Positions 1-13,402 of a DNA stretch of 64,000 bases are shown here, piece by piece. This DNA is from the human T2T-CHM13v2.0 reference genome, Homo sapiens. The stretch lies in the NCBI RefSeq assembly GCF_009914755.1, contig NC_060934.1. One strand, written 5' to 3'. The translations under genes were made by a program, and so were the position numbers. The notes beneath the pieces are model-generated. The model searched no databases. It was not told the DNA's origin and worked only from the letters and a program-made list of their open reading frames with translations. How positions within the stretch are numbered: position 1 is the first letter of the stretch; the number at the start of each line of letters is the position of its first letter.

Positions 1-554
1 GGCCCCAGTAACCCCATAGACTTTATGGCCTGAGGATTTCTTACTTTCCTGAGAGCTCATCAATGAATTAAAGATATTTTTAAAAGCTTTATCCAGAATT
101 GTTGATTGTTCGTAATCTGTGGGGAAACTGACCCAGGTATTTCTTCTTCCTATTATGGAACTGAAATTCCTATGTTAATATTTTATCTAAAGCAAAGCTG
201 TTTAAACTATGTATGGATTGAACCTGGCACCATAACATTGTTTTGACAGGACCCAATCAACAAAATTAACTAGATGAAGCACATTAGTTTAAATATAATT
301 TGGTATTTGGTGCAATAATGGCAAAAACAGAAAAATAAATTTCCTTAAAGGGCTTTATTTTCTAGGAAGGAAAATACAAAGTTTGTCTCTAAATTAGATG
401 TAATTTTTAAAAACGTTGAGCAGTGTACATATGTGCTTGTGAAAATTGTAGGCATTGAGACAACAATACATCTTAAATGTAACAACATTGAAACATTGAA
501 ACAACATATCTTAAAAGTAAATGATCATAGTTGGAATTGCTGCATTGATTATAC

Positions 555-921
555 CATTTTAAAAAGTTTCAGACATTGACTTTGAAGCTTATTGGTTCAT
601 TCATTATGACATATGGGTAATTTGTAGATAATCAATGGAATTGTCATTAAGTCTCCCAAAAGATATAGTATTATATTCATAAGAGGTATAGAACCAATTC
701 TCAAGAAAATCTATCACAGACATAAGGCTTCATTACATGCAGACTAAAGAGTGAACACTAAGCCGAAAGTGTCCAATAAAGTGTGAGCTCAAATGTCTTC
801 AAACTAGAAATGTGAAGTCACTATTGCTATATTTTTCACAGTCAGTAGTAAGCAGTTTGATTCTAAAAGTACATTCTACCAGAAGAACTTGCCCCAGCCA
901 ACACTGGGGAAACAGAATTAG
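555..921 (-). pseudogene. Possible dynein-like exon remnant, end of AAA4
   Basis: Pyrimidine tract and ag at 922. Reads LILFP / SV..FFW (~LRMFPSLV..IDWF) across a frameshift. Candidate donor ATG|gtataa at 555. Confidence 0.4.
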
Positions 922-1120
922 CTCGGAACACAAAGGAATGTGAATGAAAGATAATCCTAGCTTTCCAATTTTGTGGGTAAATTACAACTCAGGAGAGAAT
1001 TAGAAGAATATGTGAATTATTTTGAGGGAAAAAAATTAAATTTACATTCATATTGAGAGGAATTTGAAGGAAGTAGCAACATAACTGCTTTGTTGTGTGC
1101 TCTGATTAAAAGAGAAAGCA

Positions 1121-1421
<301 letters not shown>

Positions 1422-1724
1422 CTAAATATGTTATTCCAACTTTTGGAAAAATTTTTATTTAATACAAATGTGCTCAGGGCAAGAGTCTATATACACAAAG
1501 TATTTATATGTATTATATATATAAATCTATATTATATATATATAATTTGATATATATCTATTTTATTCAAATCAAATGAGACATCTCGCTTTCTGACATA
1601 CAAGCATATGGTATGTAAATGTGATATGTACTTCCTAAAATAAAGAACTTTTTTATAAACCTCAATTTGGATGACTTGCATTGAGAAATGATATTTGATT
1701 AATATATTGTATGTAATTACTGCA

Positions 1725-2309
1725 TTTGCTTTATTTTATATCCATGACACTTAATATGACTAACAAAGACATAGCACACAATATTGTCTTTTCGTACAGT
1801 TGCTGTGAAATCACACTGATAGCTGATGATAGACCATTCATTCAGTTGTTTTGAAACATTTTTCTTGAAGCTCTTCGGTGGCTTAAGTTTTCCCCTGACT
1901 ACTGGTTCTAGAATAGGATTAAGTGAAATAGCCGGAATGTACCTCTCCATCTTCAGATTCAAGTGCATTTTTAAACACTTGCACTATGCCCATTTTTAAA
2001 AGAAATGAGATTAGTCATACATAAGGCCAGAAAAAAATTTCTTTATTATGGATTGGCTAGGTATTTGATTTCTTTATATTGGGCTCTAATCAATTTCAAA
2101 TTGCAGTAGCTTTCATTTCTGAAATGGGGACTGAATCGGGCAGTTTCCCTTGCAAAGTCTGAATTCCCGGTTCCTCAAACGGTTCTCAATCTGAGCATGG
2201 TGGACCTCTCCAAGGAACTATCAGCAGGTTAGTCATAAATCAGAGAGCCTTCTGTTTACCCCTATGACTGATCTCTAGGAACAGGATCAATGCGCTTCAT
2301 TCCTGAAAC
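1725..2309 (-). pseudogene. Dynein-like exon remnant(s), AAA4
   Basis: Acceptor cttgttttcag|G. Reads FQE*SALILFLEISHRGKQKAL*FMTNL (~[24 protein letters not shown]). ORF 1717-1968 gives RYIPAISL (~GEVPNLF) and FTATVRKDNIVCYVFVS (~FVDRVRKNLHIVLCMS). Confidence 0.65.
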
Positions 2310-2379
2310 CTGAAAACAAGTATCTGTGAGAGAGGATGTCAAGAAAGACAATATTTTAAAAGGTCAAACCTTAATTCAC

Positions 2380-2576
2380 CTTGGTTCCCAGAAATATTCC
2401 TTACAGCTTTTTGATGAAAACAATTTCCTAGCCTTTGATGATTACATTCTAACAGCCCTGCAGTCAGGAACATTAAAAGTAGTTATAGGCTCATTTTTAT
2501 TCCAAAAATTCTTAGCACTGCTAAATCAACATCCCCCTTTTCAAGCCCAGAAACAAAGGTAACAACTGACCACTTT
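2380..2576 (-). pseudogene. Dynein-like exon remnant, AAA4 entry
   Basis: Acceptor tattctag|A and donor AAG|gtgaat, followed by a 70-nt intron. Reads LLECNHQRL / EIVF / HQKAVRNI (~LEEYN..M.LVLFEDAIEHI). Confidence 0.6.
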
Positions 2577-3299
2577 CTAGAATATAAGTTCTCATATAAA
2601 TTCTGATATAAAAGTATATTCAGGAGGTAGCTTTTGTTGAAAATAAGGGTAATGTCATTTCTAAGATGCATGTGTAGTATGTAAAATATATGCAGTGAAA
2701 GAAACTAAAAGAAGCATATTTTATTCTATTTTATCGTTTTGCTTGATGCTTCAGTGACAATTATGTTGAAAACTTTCTCTTGCAATTCATCTGTGTAAAA
2801 TATCAGTAAGATTACACCTTCAGGATGAAATCAGGAGAAAAATCTTTTCATTTTTACTACTTTAAGATGTATTTCTTGTCCCAGAGCCCACCATTTTTCA
2901 AGGTATGTAGTTTGAAGAAATAGCATTAACAACTTTTTGCATAAAAAAACTTTCATGAATGCAAACTTTGAGTGATTTTCTGGTAAATCTAATTTATTTA
3001 AATTAGCTTTATTTAATTACCCATACAGCTGTTCTGTGCCCTGAATATAGCCCAAGGGACTATTTAAAGTGCTTAAGTCTAAATGTCATGTTTTATCACT
3101 ATATAACATGTAGCAAACTACAACAAAAAAATTTTGTTGTTCACTGGGTAGTACTTCAAGAATATGGCATTCCTTTCTTTTTTTCTCTGATATGATAGTA
3201 GTTACAAAGCTACAAGCTAAATATAAGTAGGATTGACTTTTTTTTAACACTGTCATGTCATCATTCAAGTTACAGCTATATCCTTGCTGAGAGAAGACT

Positions 3300-3510
3300 C
3301 TTCCATTCCAATAGTTTTAATTACCATCTATACCTAGAGTTTTCAAGATCCATATCACAGCCCACTTTTCTTTCTCGTTCTCTAGACCCTACATCCAATG
3401 TCAACTGAACGTCTCCTCTTAAATGGTCCACATGTCCAAAGTGGAATTCACCATCTTTCTTTCAAAAAGATCATCTTGTTGTATTCTAACATCAACAAAT
3501 GGGGCTTCAT
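3300..3510. mobile_element. L2 fragment
   Basis: L2-like motifs (accatctata..tctagaccctacatccaa..catgtccaaagtggaattc). Confidence 0.55.
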
Positions 3511-3619
3511 TTACCGTTTAGATGACTGGTTCTAAGATGATTTAGGGCATAAGATGGCTTAGAGCTGACATCACCTCTATCCTTACATGGAACAAACTGT
3601 AGGCAATATCACTACTTAG

Positions 3620-3850
3620 CATACTAGAAAGGGCTTGGACTCTGAAGTCAGATGACCTGGGTCTGAATCGCAGCCCTACTGTTATTTACAACATAATCTT
3701 GGGCAAGTTATTTCTGGAAGCCTCGGTTTCCTCATCTATGACAAAAATACAATCAAACGTCCCAGCGATATCTAGAGAATTTAAGGAGAAAATGTATGTG
3801 AAAGTGTTGACTACAAGACATAAGACAATGTAAATACTAATGATTTCTAT
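3620..3850 (+). mobile_element. MIR
   Basis: MIR core: tctgaagtcagatgacctgggtctgaatc..cttgggcaagtta..cctcggtttcctcatct. Confidence 0.8.
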
Positions 3851-3899
3851 TTAGTATATTTCTAAAAGAAGAATCCAGTGAGGATGATAGGCTTAAAAA

Positions 3900-5222
3900 T
3901 AGAACAAATCGTCTTAATGTATAAAATGATAGTATTCTACGCCACTGCTACTGAAGTCACACAATGCAACTTAGTTCTCTAAAGTTTTATCAGGACTTGC
4001 CCAATTCTAGTGCCAACTAAACATGTGGAAGGCAAAAGTGCTTGTCATCCAAGGAAAGCCACATATTTTGGAAATACTTGATCTGTGTACACATATCGTT
4101 AGGAAAAGAAGGTCGAATTTCCTGATAATATTATGGATCCTTTTAGGTCAACAGAAATTATTGAACACTTGACTTGCATTAGAGCAGAATTTAGAGACAG
4201 CACTTCCCTACTTTATCATTAGGAAATGGGAAAATCAGGTCAAAGATGTGATTATCCTCCAAAGTTAGGGTTTCTTTTAAATCCCAGAGGATCTTGCAAT
4301 ACAATTAAATTTAAATGAGATTCTGTCATAAGTTCTATTGTATTACACACCACCCAGTCAGCCCAGAATGCTCAGCTCTTCCTGTTCTAAGGTGTTGTGT
4401 GAGCAGTTTGGATGGCACTTGTTTCACCGAGCATGATTTACTGTCATGACTATCTTTAAAGTGGAAGATGCAGGGGATGCCCTGATGACCTGGTCAATAG
4501 AAACGAATGAACACGTGACTTGCATTTGAGCACAAGTTAGAGGCAGTTCTTCCCTAATCAACAATTAGGAAATGGAAAAACCCAGCATGGTCTCAATATG
4601 TTTCAATATCCCTAAAACTGGTGAGAAACCTCTATATCCAGATGGCGTCACTCCAATGAGAGCATCACTCCAATAAATAAGTTGCCCAACCATATATACA
4701 GTTGTTGGGTCTTTTTCGCTTGGAAAAAGTAGCAAATGGCAATATCTGAAAGGGACATTTTACTTTTTTTTCTTTTAATAAAGCAATTCAAGATTGCCGG
4801 TGCCATATATTCAAATGCTCAAATCACGCACACACCCAAAGCATCCACAGTGGCTTATATGACATATTCACCAACAACATCGCCATCTCCAATTTCCATC
4901 ACATTGTCATTGAACTTGTTCATACAGGTATGTTTGTCTCATGTTCCAGCCTTTATCCCCGAAGCATTTGAGGGCTGACAGTTTTATCTCCTTATCACAT
5001 TATTCCAGTTATTTGCAAGCAAGATGTAGCGGGAACCTGAACATCTTGGGGATAATTACTCTTCCAATAATTTGCAACACTAATGATACTTTTCTCATTT
5101 TTATGGTGCAAGTGTTTTATGCGTTATTAATTTGCACTTGGTCTTTTCTTTGATATTTTTCCTCCTGTCTGAGAGTTTTACAGGTCTATAGCTTGTACTG
5201 TGCCTATGAAGAATGTTTTCTA
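3900..5222 (-). pseudogene. Large dynein-like exon remnant, AAA3 and lid
   Basis: Acceptor ttttccttattttgtag|TA. Reads ENILHRHSTSYRPVKL..EKTK (~LLDLLL.N.RPVLL..GKT), PQMLRG (~IELLRQ), VMEIGDGDVVG (~FKEIVDVQFVA) and VALCDFSSSGVEYY (~LLFGDF...Y). Many stops; 3' end uncertain. Confidence 0.55.
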
Positions 5223-5559
5223 CTACAAAATAAGGAAAATGATTATGATAATACTGAAAAGGCCAGATGCTGGCCTTTATAAGAAAAAAAGTGTATACTA
5301 TAAAACTTGTTTTTCTTTGTCTTCCCTAAATAAGAGGTTAAGTTATAAAGTTGAGTGAGGCTAGTTAAGAGTAGTGCCTCAGGGGTATATATCAGCTGTG
5401 ATCATCCTAGTAGGCTAGCGTATAGTTAAGAGACCATGTCAGAGCAAATCAAAGCCCCTTCGTACTAAGCCTTGAGATCTGGTCCTATGCATGATTCAAA
5501 TTCTCTAGGAAAAGAAAGTAGATGGGGCAGGTTAACATATCAACATAAGATGAAGCTGT

Positions 5560-7310
5560 TATAACTGTTTTCTGACCCTACAGTTCTGCCTTTTCCGGAA
5601 TGTCATATAAATGAAATTATGCAATCTATTGCCTTTGCAGTCTGGCTTATTTTACTTACAAAAATGTGCTTAAGAGTCATCCATTTTGTTGCATGAATCA
5701 GAAGTTTGTTCTTTTTATTGTTGAGGAGTACTCCATTCTATAGATGCACCACAGTTTGTGTATCCATTCACTTGTTAAGGGGCATATTGACTGTTTCCAG
5801 CTTTTTGGCAATTACAAAAAATGCTGATATAAAATTTTATCTACAGGTTTTTGTGTAAACATGAGTTTTCATTTCACTTAGGTAAATAACTAAAACTAGG
5901 ATCACTGGGTCATATTGTAAATGTATGTTTAACCTAATAAGAAATTGCCGAAATATTGTCCAAAGTGGCTGTACTATTTGGCATTCCAACAGCAATCAAT
6001 GAGCATTTTTATTGCTCTGCATTCTCACTAGTATTTGGCACTGTCAGTTTCTTTTTTTAAAAAAACGTTTAACCATGCTAATAGGTGTGTGGTAATATCT
6101 TATGGTTTTAATTTTTTCTTCCCTAGAGACTAATGATGCTGAGCATCTTTTCATATGCTTTTTTGCCATCTCTATGTCTTGCTTGGTGAAGTCTCTGGAT
6201 ATTTTGCTCACTATTTATTGATTGTTTACTTATTGTTGAATTCTAGTGGTTCATTATATATTCTGAATACATCCATTAAAAGTTATATGATTTGCAATTT
6301 TTTTCTCCATCTGTGGCTTGTCTTTTCATTCTCTTAACAGTATCTTTCACAGAACAATACTTTCAGTTTTGATACAGTCCAATTTACCTACTTTTTTGAT
6401 TGTTTGTGGTTATTGCATAGTATCTAAAATTCATGACTAAAGCCATTGTCATCCAGATGTTTATCCTACCTAGGAGTTTTATAGTTTTATGCTGTATATT
6501 TAGGTCTATGATCAATTTTGAGTTAATTTTTGAATACCTTGTGAAACTTTTGTCAATTTATTTTTCTACATATGGATATTGTTCTAGTACTAGTTGTTTA
6601 AAGAATTACCCTTTCTCTATTAAATTGCCTTTGCACCTTGTAAAAAGTCAGTTGATTATTTTGTGTGGGTTTAATTCTGGGCTATTTTATTTCAAAAATT
6701 AACATGTTTATCATTTTGCCTAACCTACACTGTTTTGATTACTGCACTTTATAGTAAGTCTTAGAATCAGGCCACAAGTGCAGGTTCTGCCTTCAGGCAG
6801 TGTGAGTCTTCTGACTTTATTCTTTCAATAATTATTTTCGATTTGTTCTTCTCTCAAGAATTATTTTGGCTTTCTATTTCCTTTGCCTTTTCATGTAAAT
6901 TTTAGAATCAGCTTATAATTATTTTCTAAAGAAGTTTGCTGGGATTTTGATTACCATTGGGTTGACTCAGTAGATCAAATTGGGGGGAATATTGTCTCCA
7001 ATTCATGAACATGGTATATCTCCCTATTTGTGTACATCTTTGATTTCTTTCATTAGTGTTCTATGGTTTTCAGCTTACAGATTCTGCACATATTTTGTTC
7101 GATAGATCATTGTTCTGCTTTTATTATAAAGGATATTGATTTTCAAACTACAAATTCCAAATATTCATTTCTGATATATAGGTATACAATTGATGTTTGT
7201 ATATTCTCTTGTTGTCCCATAACCTTTAAACTTCGTTTCTTTAGTGCCTAAAGTTTTTGGTAGATTCTTTGGGATCTTCTACACAGACAGTCATATTGTC
7301 TGCAAATTCT
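5560..7310 (-). mobile_element. Old L1M (3' end plus ORF2 remnant)
   Basis: Antisense L1 motifs (tatccattcacttgtt, gactaatgatgctgagcatcttttcat, tagattctttgggat). Confidence 0.85.
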
Positions 7311-7600
7311 GTTATTAGCCCAACAGAATCATACTCAAACTCCAAGTTATACTCTCTGTAGAGAAAAACAGTTCCTTCAGTCATGTCACCTAAAACATCT
7401 TGCCCACACCTGTGTTCCACACTCATCAAACTATAATGTAATTAGTATTTACATGTTTTTCTACACCAGGAAGGACCTGGAATGACAGGAAGGACCTGCC
7501 ATTTCTGCCTTTTCATTCCAAACATCTAATAAAGTAGCAAACACCTAAGAGGAAGGCATTGTTTATTTAGTAAAGGACAGGCCAAAAATAGGAGAAGTCA

Positions 7601-7966
<366 letters not shown>

Positions 7967-8715
7967 TCATATATTCAAAGAAATATATAGTTTACTTATT
8001 TTCTGTTACTGATCTATTAATCTTCCTTGTAAGTATCACCCTACTAGCACTGGAAAGAGAGCATTAAACTTGCCAATTCTATATCTTCATCTCTTCTATT
8101 TTAAATCATTTTATTCAGGCAACTTAGTGTGTTTGGGGAAATGTTCACTTTTTCAGTTGTTTCTCTCCATCTTCCTCTTCTCTAAGATGGCATCTGGGCA
8201 ATGGCATTACACACAGGCCTTCATGCTAGCCTGGAGAAGAGCCTGGGCTCTAAGCACCGTTACCTTATGCTGTTATTGTTCATGTCTTCCTGACTCCTCT
8301 ATATCTCTTGGTTTTCTTGTGGTGACTGCTCTGCTGGCATCAATTACTGAAGCCTTGACTGAAGTTTGCAGCTGATAGTCTAAAGTCTGTACTTTCTCTT
8401 GGCATGGTCAGGGCCTATGCCTCTCCTTTTATTCAATTCTACCTGAGCTCTTGCTGGCCCTGAAGTCAACTCGAATTCTCATCCAAATTCTCTTTCTATT
8501 CTCTGGCTTAGGAATTGTGCACCCCACAATCCCTGCAGAGGTTACCCTATCCCTTGCCTGAGCTGCCTTCATGAAGTTCCAGCATCACACTTCTCACTTT
8601 CCCCTACTCCACAGGGTGACTAGAAGAATATGTGGACTCTTTCTGTACTAGCTGGGAGCCAGAGTAGACTCAGGAGGCCCACTCTCTGCCTAATCATGGT
8701 AAGGCATATACTTAT

Positions 8716-9027
8716 CCGGGATGGTGGGCTCCTCTTGGTGTTGAGTGAAAGCACAACATTGGAACGGTTTTATTTGCTCTTTCATAAGACATTTTGGAAT
8801 TAGGAGAGTAGACTTCAGAATGAAATTAATGCACACTTCCCACTGGACTTGATATTTAAAAAGACTTTTTGGCAGTATGAACCACCTCTTTAACCCAGTC
8901 TGGCACACAGTAGTAAAACCAAATGAAAATACGACCTGACAAACACCCAGTAGGGTAGTTGTCCAAATAATCAAGTCATTGAAAAATTCAGCAATAATGC
9001 CCCATCGTAGTGTGAATATGGTTGAAG
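8716..9027 (-). pseudogene. Dynein-like exon remnant, AAA2 lid to AAA3 entry, with dead splice donor
   Basis: Acceptor tctctcatatttatag|C. Lies in the 145-aa ORF ending EEPTIP (~LVPTVD), with PVGSVH*F in another frame (~PEEGTVFDY). Ends CCG G|ataagt (GT>AT), phase 1, matching the next remnant. Confidence 0.55.
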
Positions 9028-10239
9028 CTATAAATATGAGAGAACTTATTGAGAAATGTACCTTTTTTTCCTTTCGCTTCTTATATTGGATTTTAAGTTG
9101 GCCCACTTCAGCAGTTATACAAAACACTGTACCTTTGCTGTCAGTACTTATAGCTAATTGCTATGTGTACACCAGTTTCTAAAAGTTTGTGGTCTTCAGT
9201 CTCTGGGTTTAACTCATAAATCTCTTTTTCAAATCAAAGGCATCCAAGAGTATCATTTAAAGTATCCATGATTATATATGTGTATATATGCATATTATAA
9301 ATGTAATATGTGTAATATTATACTATATGTAATATATTACATAAAATATATTTAAAATATTCAGGCGGCTCTTAGTCACCTCATTTCTCATTACACTGTA
9401 TGATGAACAACGATGATTCCTATATTTACACACAAGTCTCTAGATTCTGTTATTCTAAACTCAAAATCCATGAAAAAATTTCCCAAAACACATTCATCAA
9501 TCCTTCAGTTTTTCAGGTGCAGTTTTTCTGTCCTCAAGGCTCATGTTTCTTGCTCTATAATTGCTCGAGGTGGCGCTCCTTCCTCATCAAGAACTCCTTC
9601 CAATAGTACATGTCACTCCCTTTAAGTACAGCTTGCATATTAAATTTGTATTTCTGTGAAATTAATTTTCCCAAACTGCCCTGGCACCATTGAATTAGGC
9701 CACCAGCCTATTCCGGTGGACACAGACTCCTTTCCACAAGTTTCCTTCTTTTCCTGCAAACACACAAATTCCCTCATTCCAGGTAAGTGTTGCCACAGAA
9801 GTCCACAGTCACATTGTGGGAGAGGGTGTGACCACAATTGAAAAGGATCTCATAGAAAGCTCAAGAACTGCAGTGGGTTCAACACTGCCAGTTAGATTCA
9901 GGCCACAAAGTAATCGTCCAACTGGTTCCAATTGCAGTGAAGTCTTAATGTGATTATTCAGAGAAGATTGATGAGTAGGTGGCTGACTTGGCCCATTTTA
10001 GGCCTTGTTATTTTAAAACTGAAAAGAGCCATATACACAAAATATTACAGCACTTCTAAAAGTGGAGGGTGTGTGCTGCCCATAGTTTGTGAGGTAATTT
10101 TAGGTGGTACAAGATCAAACATCTTGATCTTGGTGTTTATATTTTCCCACCATTGTGTAATTACCATGCATGACTCAAAGACTAGAAAGGAGGAGAGGAA
10201 AGAGAAGGTGAGCCAGAGGAAGAAGGAACGAAGCCAGGA

Positions 10240-10740
10240 AATCTGTCTATAGCTGAGGCGGAGGTGTTTTGAGTCCCAAGACCGGACTGTGGTGCTCGTC
10301 AGCTGCGTGGGTGGGGAAGAGAGTGTGTGTGACACATGTCTAGAGGAGCAGGCTGATCAGCAAAGTGCCCAAGGGAAAGGTGGACTCTGATGATCATACT
10401 GACTCCTCAATCCTTCCTTGACATCCAAGATCTCCAGATGGAGAACTCAGCCCCAACACGGAGCAATCCCACCGATAGAAGAAGAAAAGAATGCTTGGGA
10501 AGACATGTGGAGTAGAAAATGAGCAAGAAAGCTTTCAGAGAAAGAGAAACAGGTAATGCAACTAAGAGTAGGGGAGGTAGAATTCCCAGTAAATAGAGAC
10601 CTCCTGGGGAATAAGAAGATAGCTGAACTGCTAGTGATGTAAGAAAGGACAGGTATGGTGAATACAACCTTGAACTGGAAGTTGGAACACTGAGATTGTT
10701 TTCCAGATATGCAAAAAAAAAAAAATCACTCTGCAATCCG
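10240..10740. mobile_element. Probable L2 fragment
   Basis: Purine-rich degenerate sequence typical of L2 ORF2 antisense. Confidence 0.4.
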
Positions 10741-10818
10741 GGGTAAATCAGTCTAAATCTCTTCTGCTATAATTAGAAATAGATTTGTTATTACTTCTTT
10801 GTTTATTTTTAAATAACC

Positions 10819-11113
10819 TTATTATTATTATTGTTTGAGACAGGGTCTCGCTATGTCACCCAAGCTGGAATGCAGTGGCATGATCAAACCTCACTGCAAA
10901 CTTTTAACTCCAGGGTATGAGTGATCCTCCCACCTCAGCCTCCCAAGTACCTGGGACTGTAGGCACATGACCATGACCAGCTAATTTTTCACTTTTGGTA
11001 GACATGGGGTCTTGCTTTGTTGCCCAGGCTGGTCTCAAATTCCTGGACAAGCAATCCTCTTGCCTTGGCCTCCCAAAGTGCAGGGATTACAGGGGTAAGT
11101 CACCATGTCCAGC
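10819..11113 (-). mobile_element. AluJ
   Basis: gagacagggtctcgc..gatcctcccacctcagcc diagnostic of AluJ; (tta)n tail. Confidence 0.9.
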
Positions 11114-11289
11114 TCTTATTTAATTTTTTAAATAATATTTATAGTAACCTGCGTACGGTGATAATGTTTTTCCATTTATGGTTGAAACATAAGTCTTCCT
11201 TGAAAGTAACGTTATTAAAATAAAAGAGGAAAAAATGTATGGATGAGCACTGGTATCAAAGAAATTTAAATTATGGTACAATATAGTCA

Positions 11290-11500
11290 ATAACCATATG
11301 AATCCTGGATCCGGCCTGTCTGGGTTGAAATTGAGGCTGTACCACTTACCGATTGTAATCTTGGTTAAACTACTGAACTTCTCTCTGCCTCCATTTTTGC
11401 ATCCGTATAATGGGGATAATGATGGTTCCAATATCACAATGTTGATGTGAAGATCAAATGAGTTAATATATCTAAAGTTCTCAGAAAACTGCCTGGCATA
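11290..11500 (+). mobile_element. MIR
   Basis: ctgggttgaaat..taatcttggttaaactactgaacttctctctgcctc..gagttaatatatctaaag. Confidence 0.75.
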
Positions 11501-11636
11501 TCTGTACGTCTTGTTTTGTATGTGTATATACATACTATAAAAGTTGATTTAAAAGTTACAGAATGTACAAGTACAAAACACTCGTCTAATATCCCTGTTC
11601 TACAGAGATTTAGAAGTTACATGTTTGTAAATCTCA

Positions 11637-11978
<342 letters not shown>

Positions 11979-12535
11979 GAATCCAGTTTTTTTGCATCAC
12001 CTTCTAATTCTACCTGTTTGTTTTCCATCACTGTTTACCTTGCCACTACTGCCTGAGCAGGCAAAATAAAGCCTTATTGCAAACGAGCTTCCTTGTAAAA
12101 GGAGGATCATACCCTATTAGCCCAAATATATCACAGATAGCATAGACAGAAGATTTGCGAAAATAGTCATTTTACTTAAGAATCTCATATCTATCTCGTA
12201 AAACATGAGGATTTTACTGTTTCTGGTTAATAGAGGTACTGAAAAGTGAATGAGTGGCTGGCCAGTAAGAGAAACAGACAGCAATGGCATGTGTCTCTTC
12301 TAGCAGCAGATAACTTTGCAGCATGGATAACCTAAAATCATCAGCAATGCATTCACTGATAAGACCTCACAATTCTCATGAATTCATCCCTTAATTCTCA
12401 TGAATTTACAATTCTTACTCTTCATTTGCCATATTAATTATCAGACCATAGAGTCTTTCTTTAACCCTTCATTGTTTACTAATTAAGTCAATTAACTACA
12501 TTCCATTCATTTTAATGAGTGTCATTTTGGTTACT

Positions 12536-12556
12536 ACACACACACACACACACACA
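12536..12556. repeat. (CA)n microsatellite
   Basis: About 10 CA units. Confidence 0.9.
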
Positions 12557-13402
12557 TAACAAGAAGCCATATAATAGTAAAAATTAATCTTTCTTTAGAC
12601 TCTCTCCTAACAATTCACTTCTTTTAAGGCAATCAGAACATCAGCCTCTGTCTTGTGGGGCTGGGTGTTTCATTAAGTGAGCACAGTAATTTTGCCCTCG
12701 TTAGGAGCTTTTTAAAAGCTTTCAGGAAAATACAATTTGAAATAAATAATGCTGATTAAACACCCTTTCATGGAAGAAATAATAGAAAGAGATCAAGTGA
12801 TAAACGAAATGAATGTTGCGCTATCAAAGCAAATGGTGATTAATGGAAGGCCAGTTCTTTGCTTGCACTGGCACCTCTGTAAGCTGGTCAGTACCATTTA
12901 TAATTGTGTTTTAGTGTTTTGCAGCCCAGTCATTTATACTAACGGTAACATTAAAGTGATAAATTAGGAAGAAGCAGGTTGTCTAATCAGCAGATAGGCA
13001 GTAATGCAGCTCCAGTCAAAAGGAGAGTGATTCCTTTTCTTTTTTGTGTTAATAATCAAGGAATAGAAGGATGGTTTGATTTGAAGGGAAATTTGCCAAA
13101 TATGCAGGCATTCACATATTTAAATTATTTTAATATTTCCTTTTCTTTCTTTTTAAAGTAAGTTTGCATTTTACTTTAATCCTCTTTCAAATGATGTACC
13201 TTTTCTTTTAATCACCTAAAAGAGAGAATTGCAGTACGCCAGTGCTGTAAAAAGGTCATTTCTTGTACCTTAACTATTAGCTGTTTCAAAAAATTTAATA
13301 TTAACTGCAGACCATCCTGCTGTAACTTGTTACTCTGCAAGGAAATCATAGCCACCAATGCGGTGCTACCTGTTGGACTTTGTATCTCTTAAGCATATTC
13401 TT

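Noticed and set aside
2262-2309. Terminal coding exon VSGMKRIDPVPRDQS* of a live gene
   Set aside because: The alternative phase gives a dynein AAA4 Walker-A-like match that fits the neighbouring remnants, and no intact upstream CDS exists.
4146-4580. Paired snoRNA/ncRNA genes, or a TRPA1-like peptide on the plus strand
   Set aside because: No convincing C/D or H/ACA boxes, the peptide resemblance is superficial and contains stops, and the region fits the minus-strand dynein order better.
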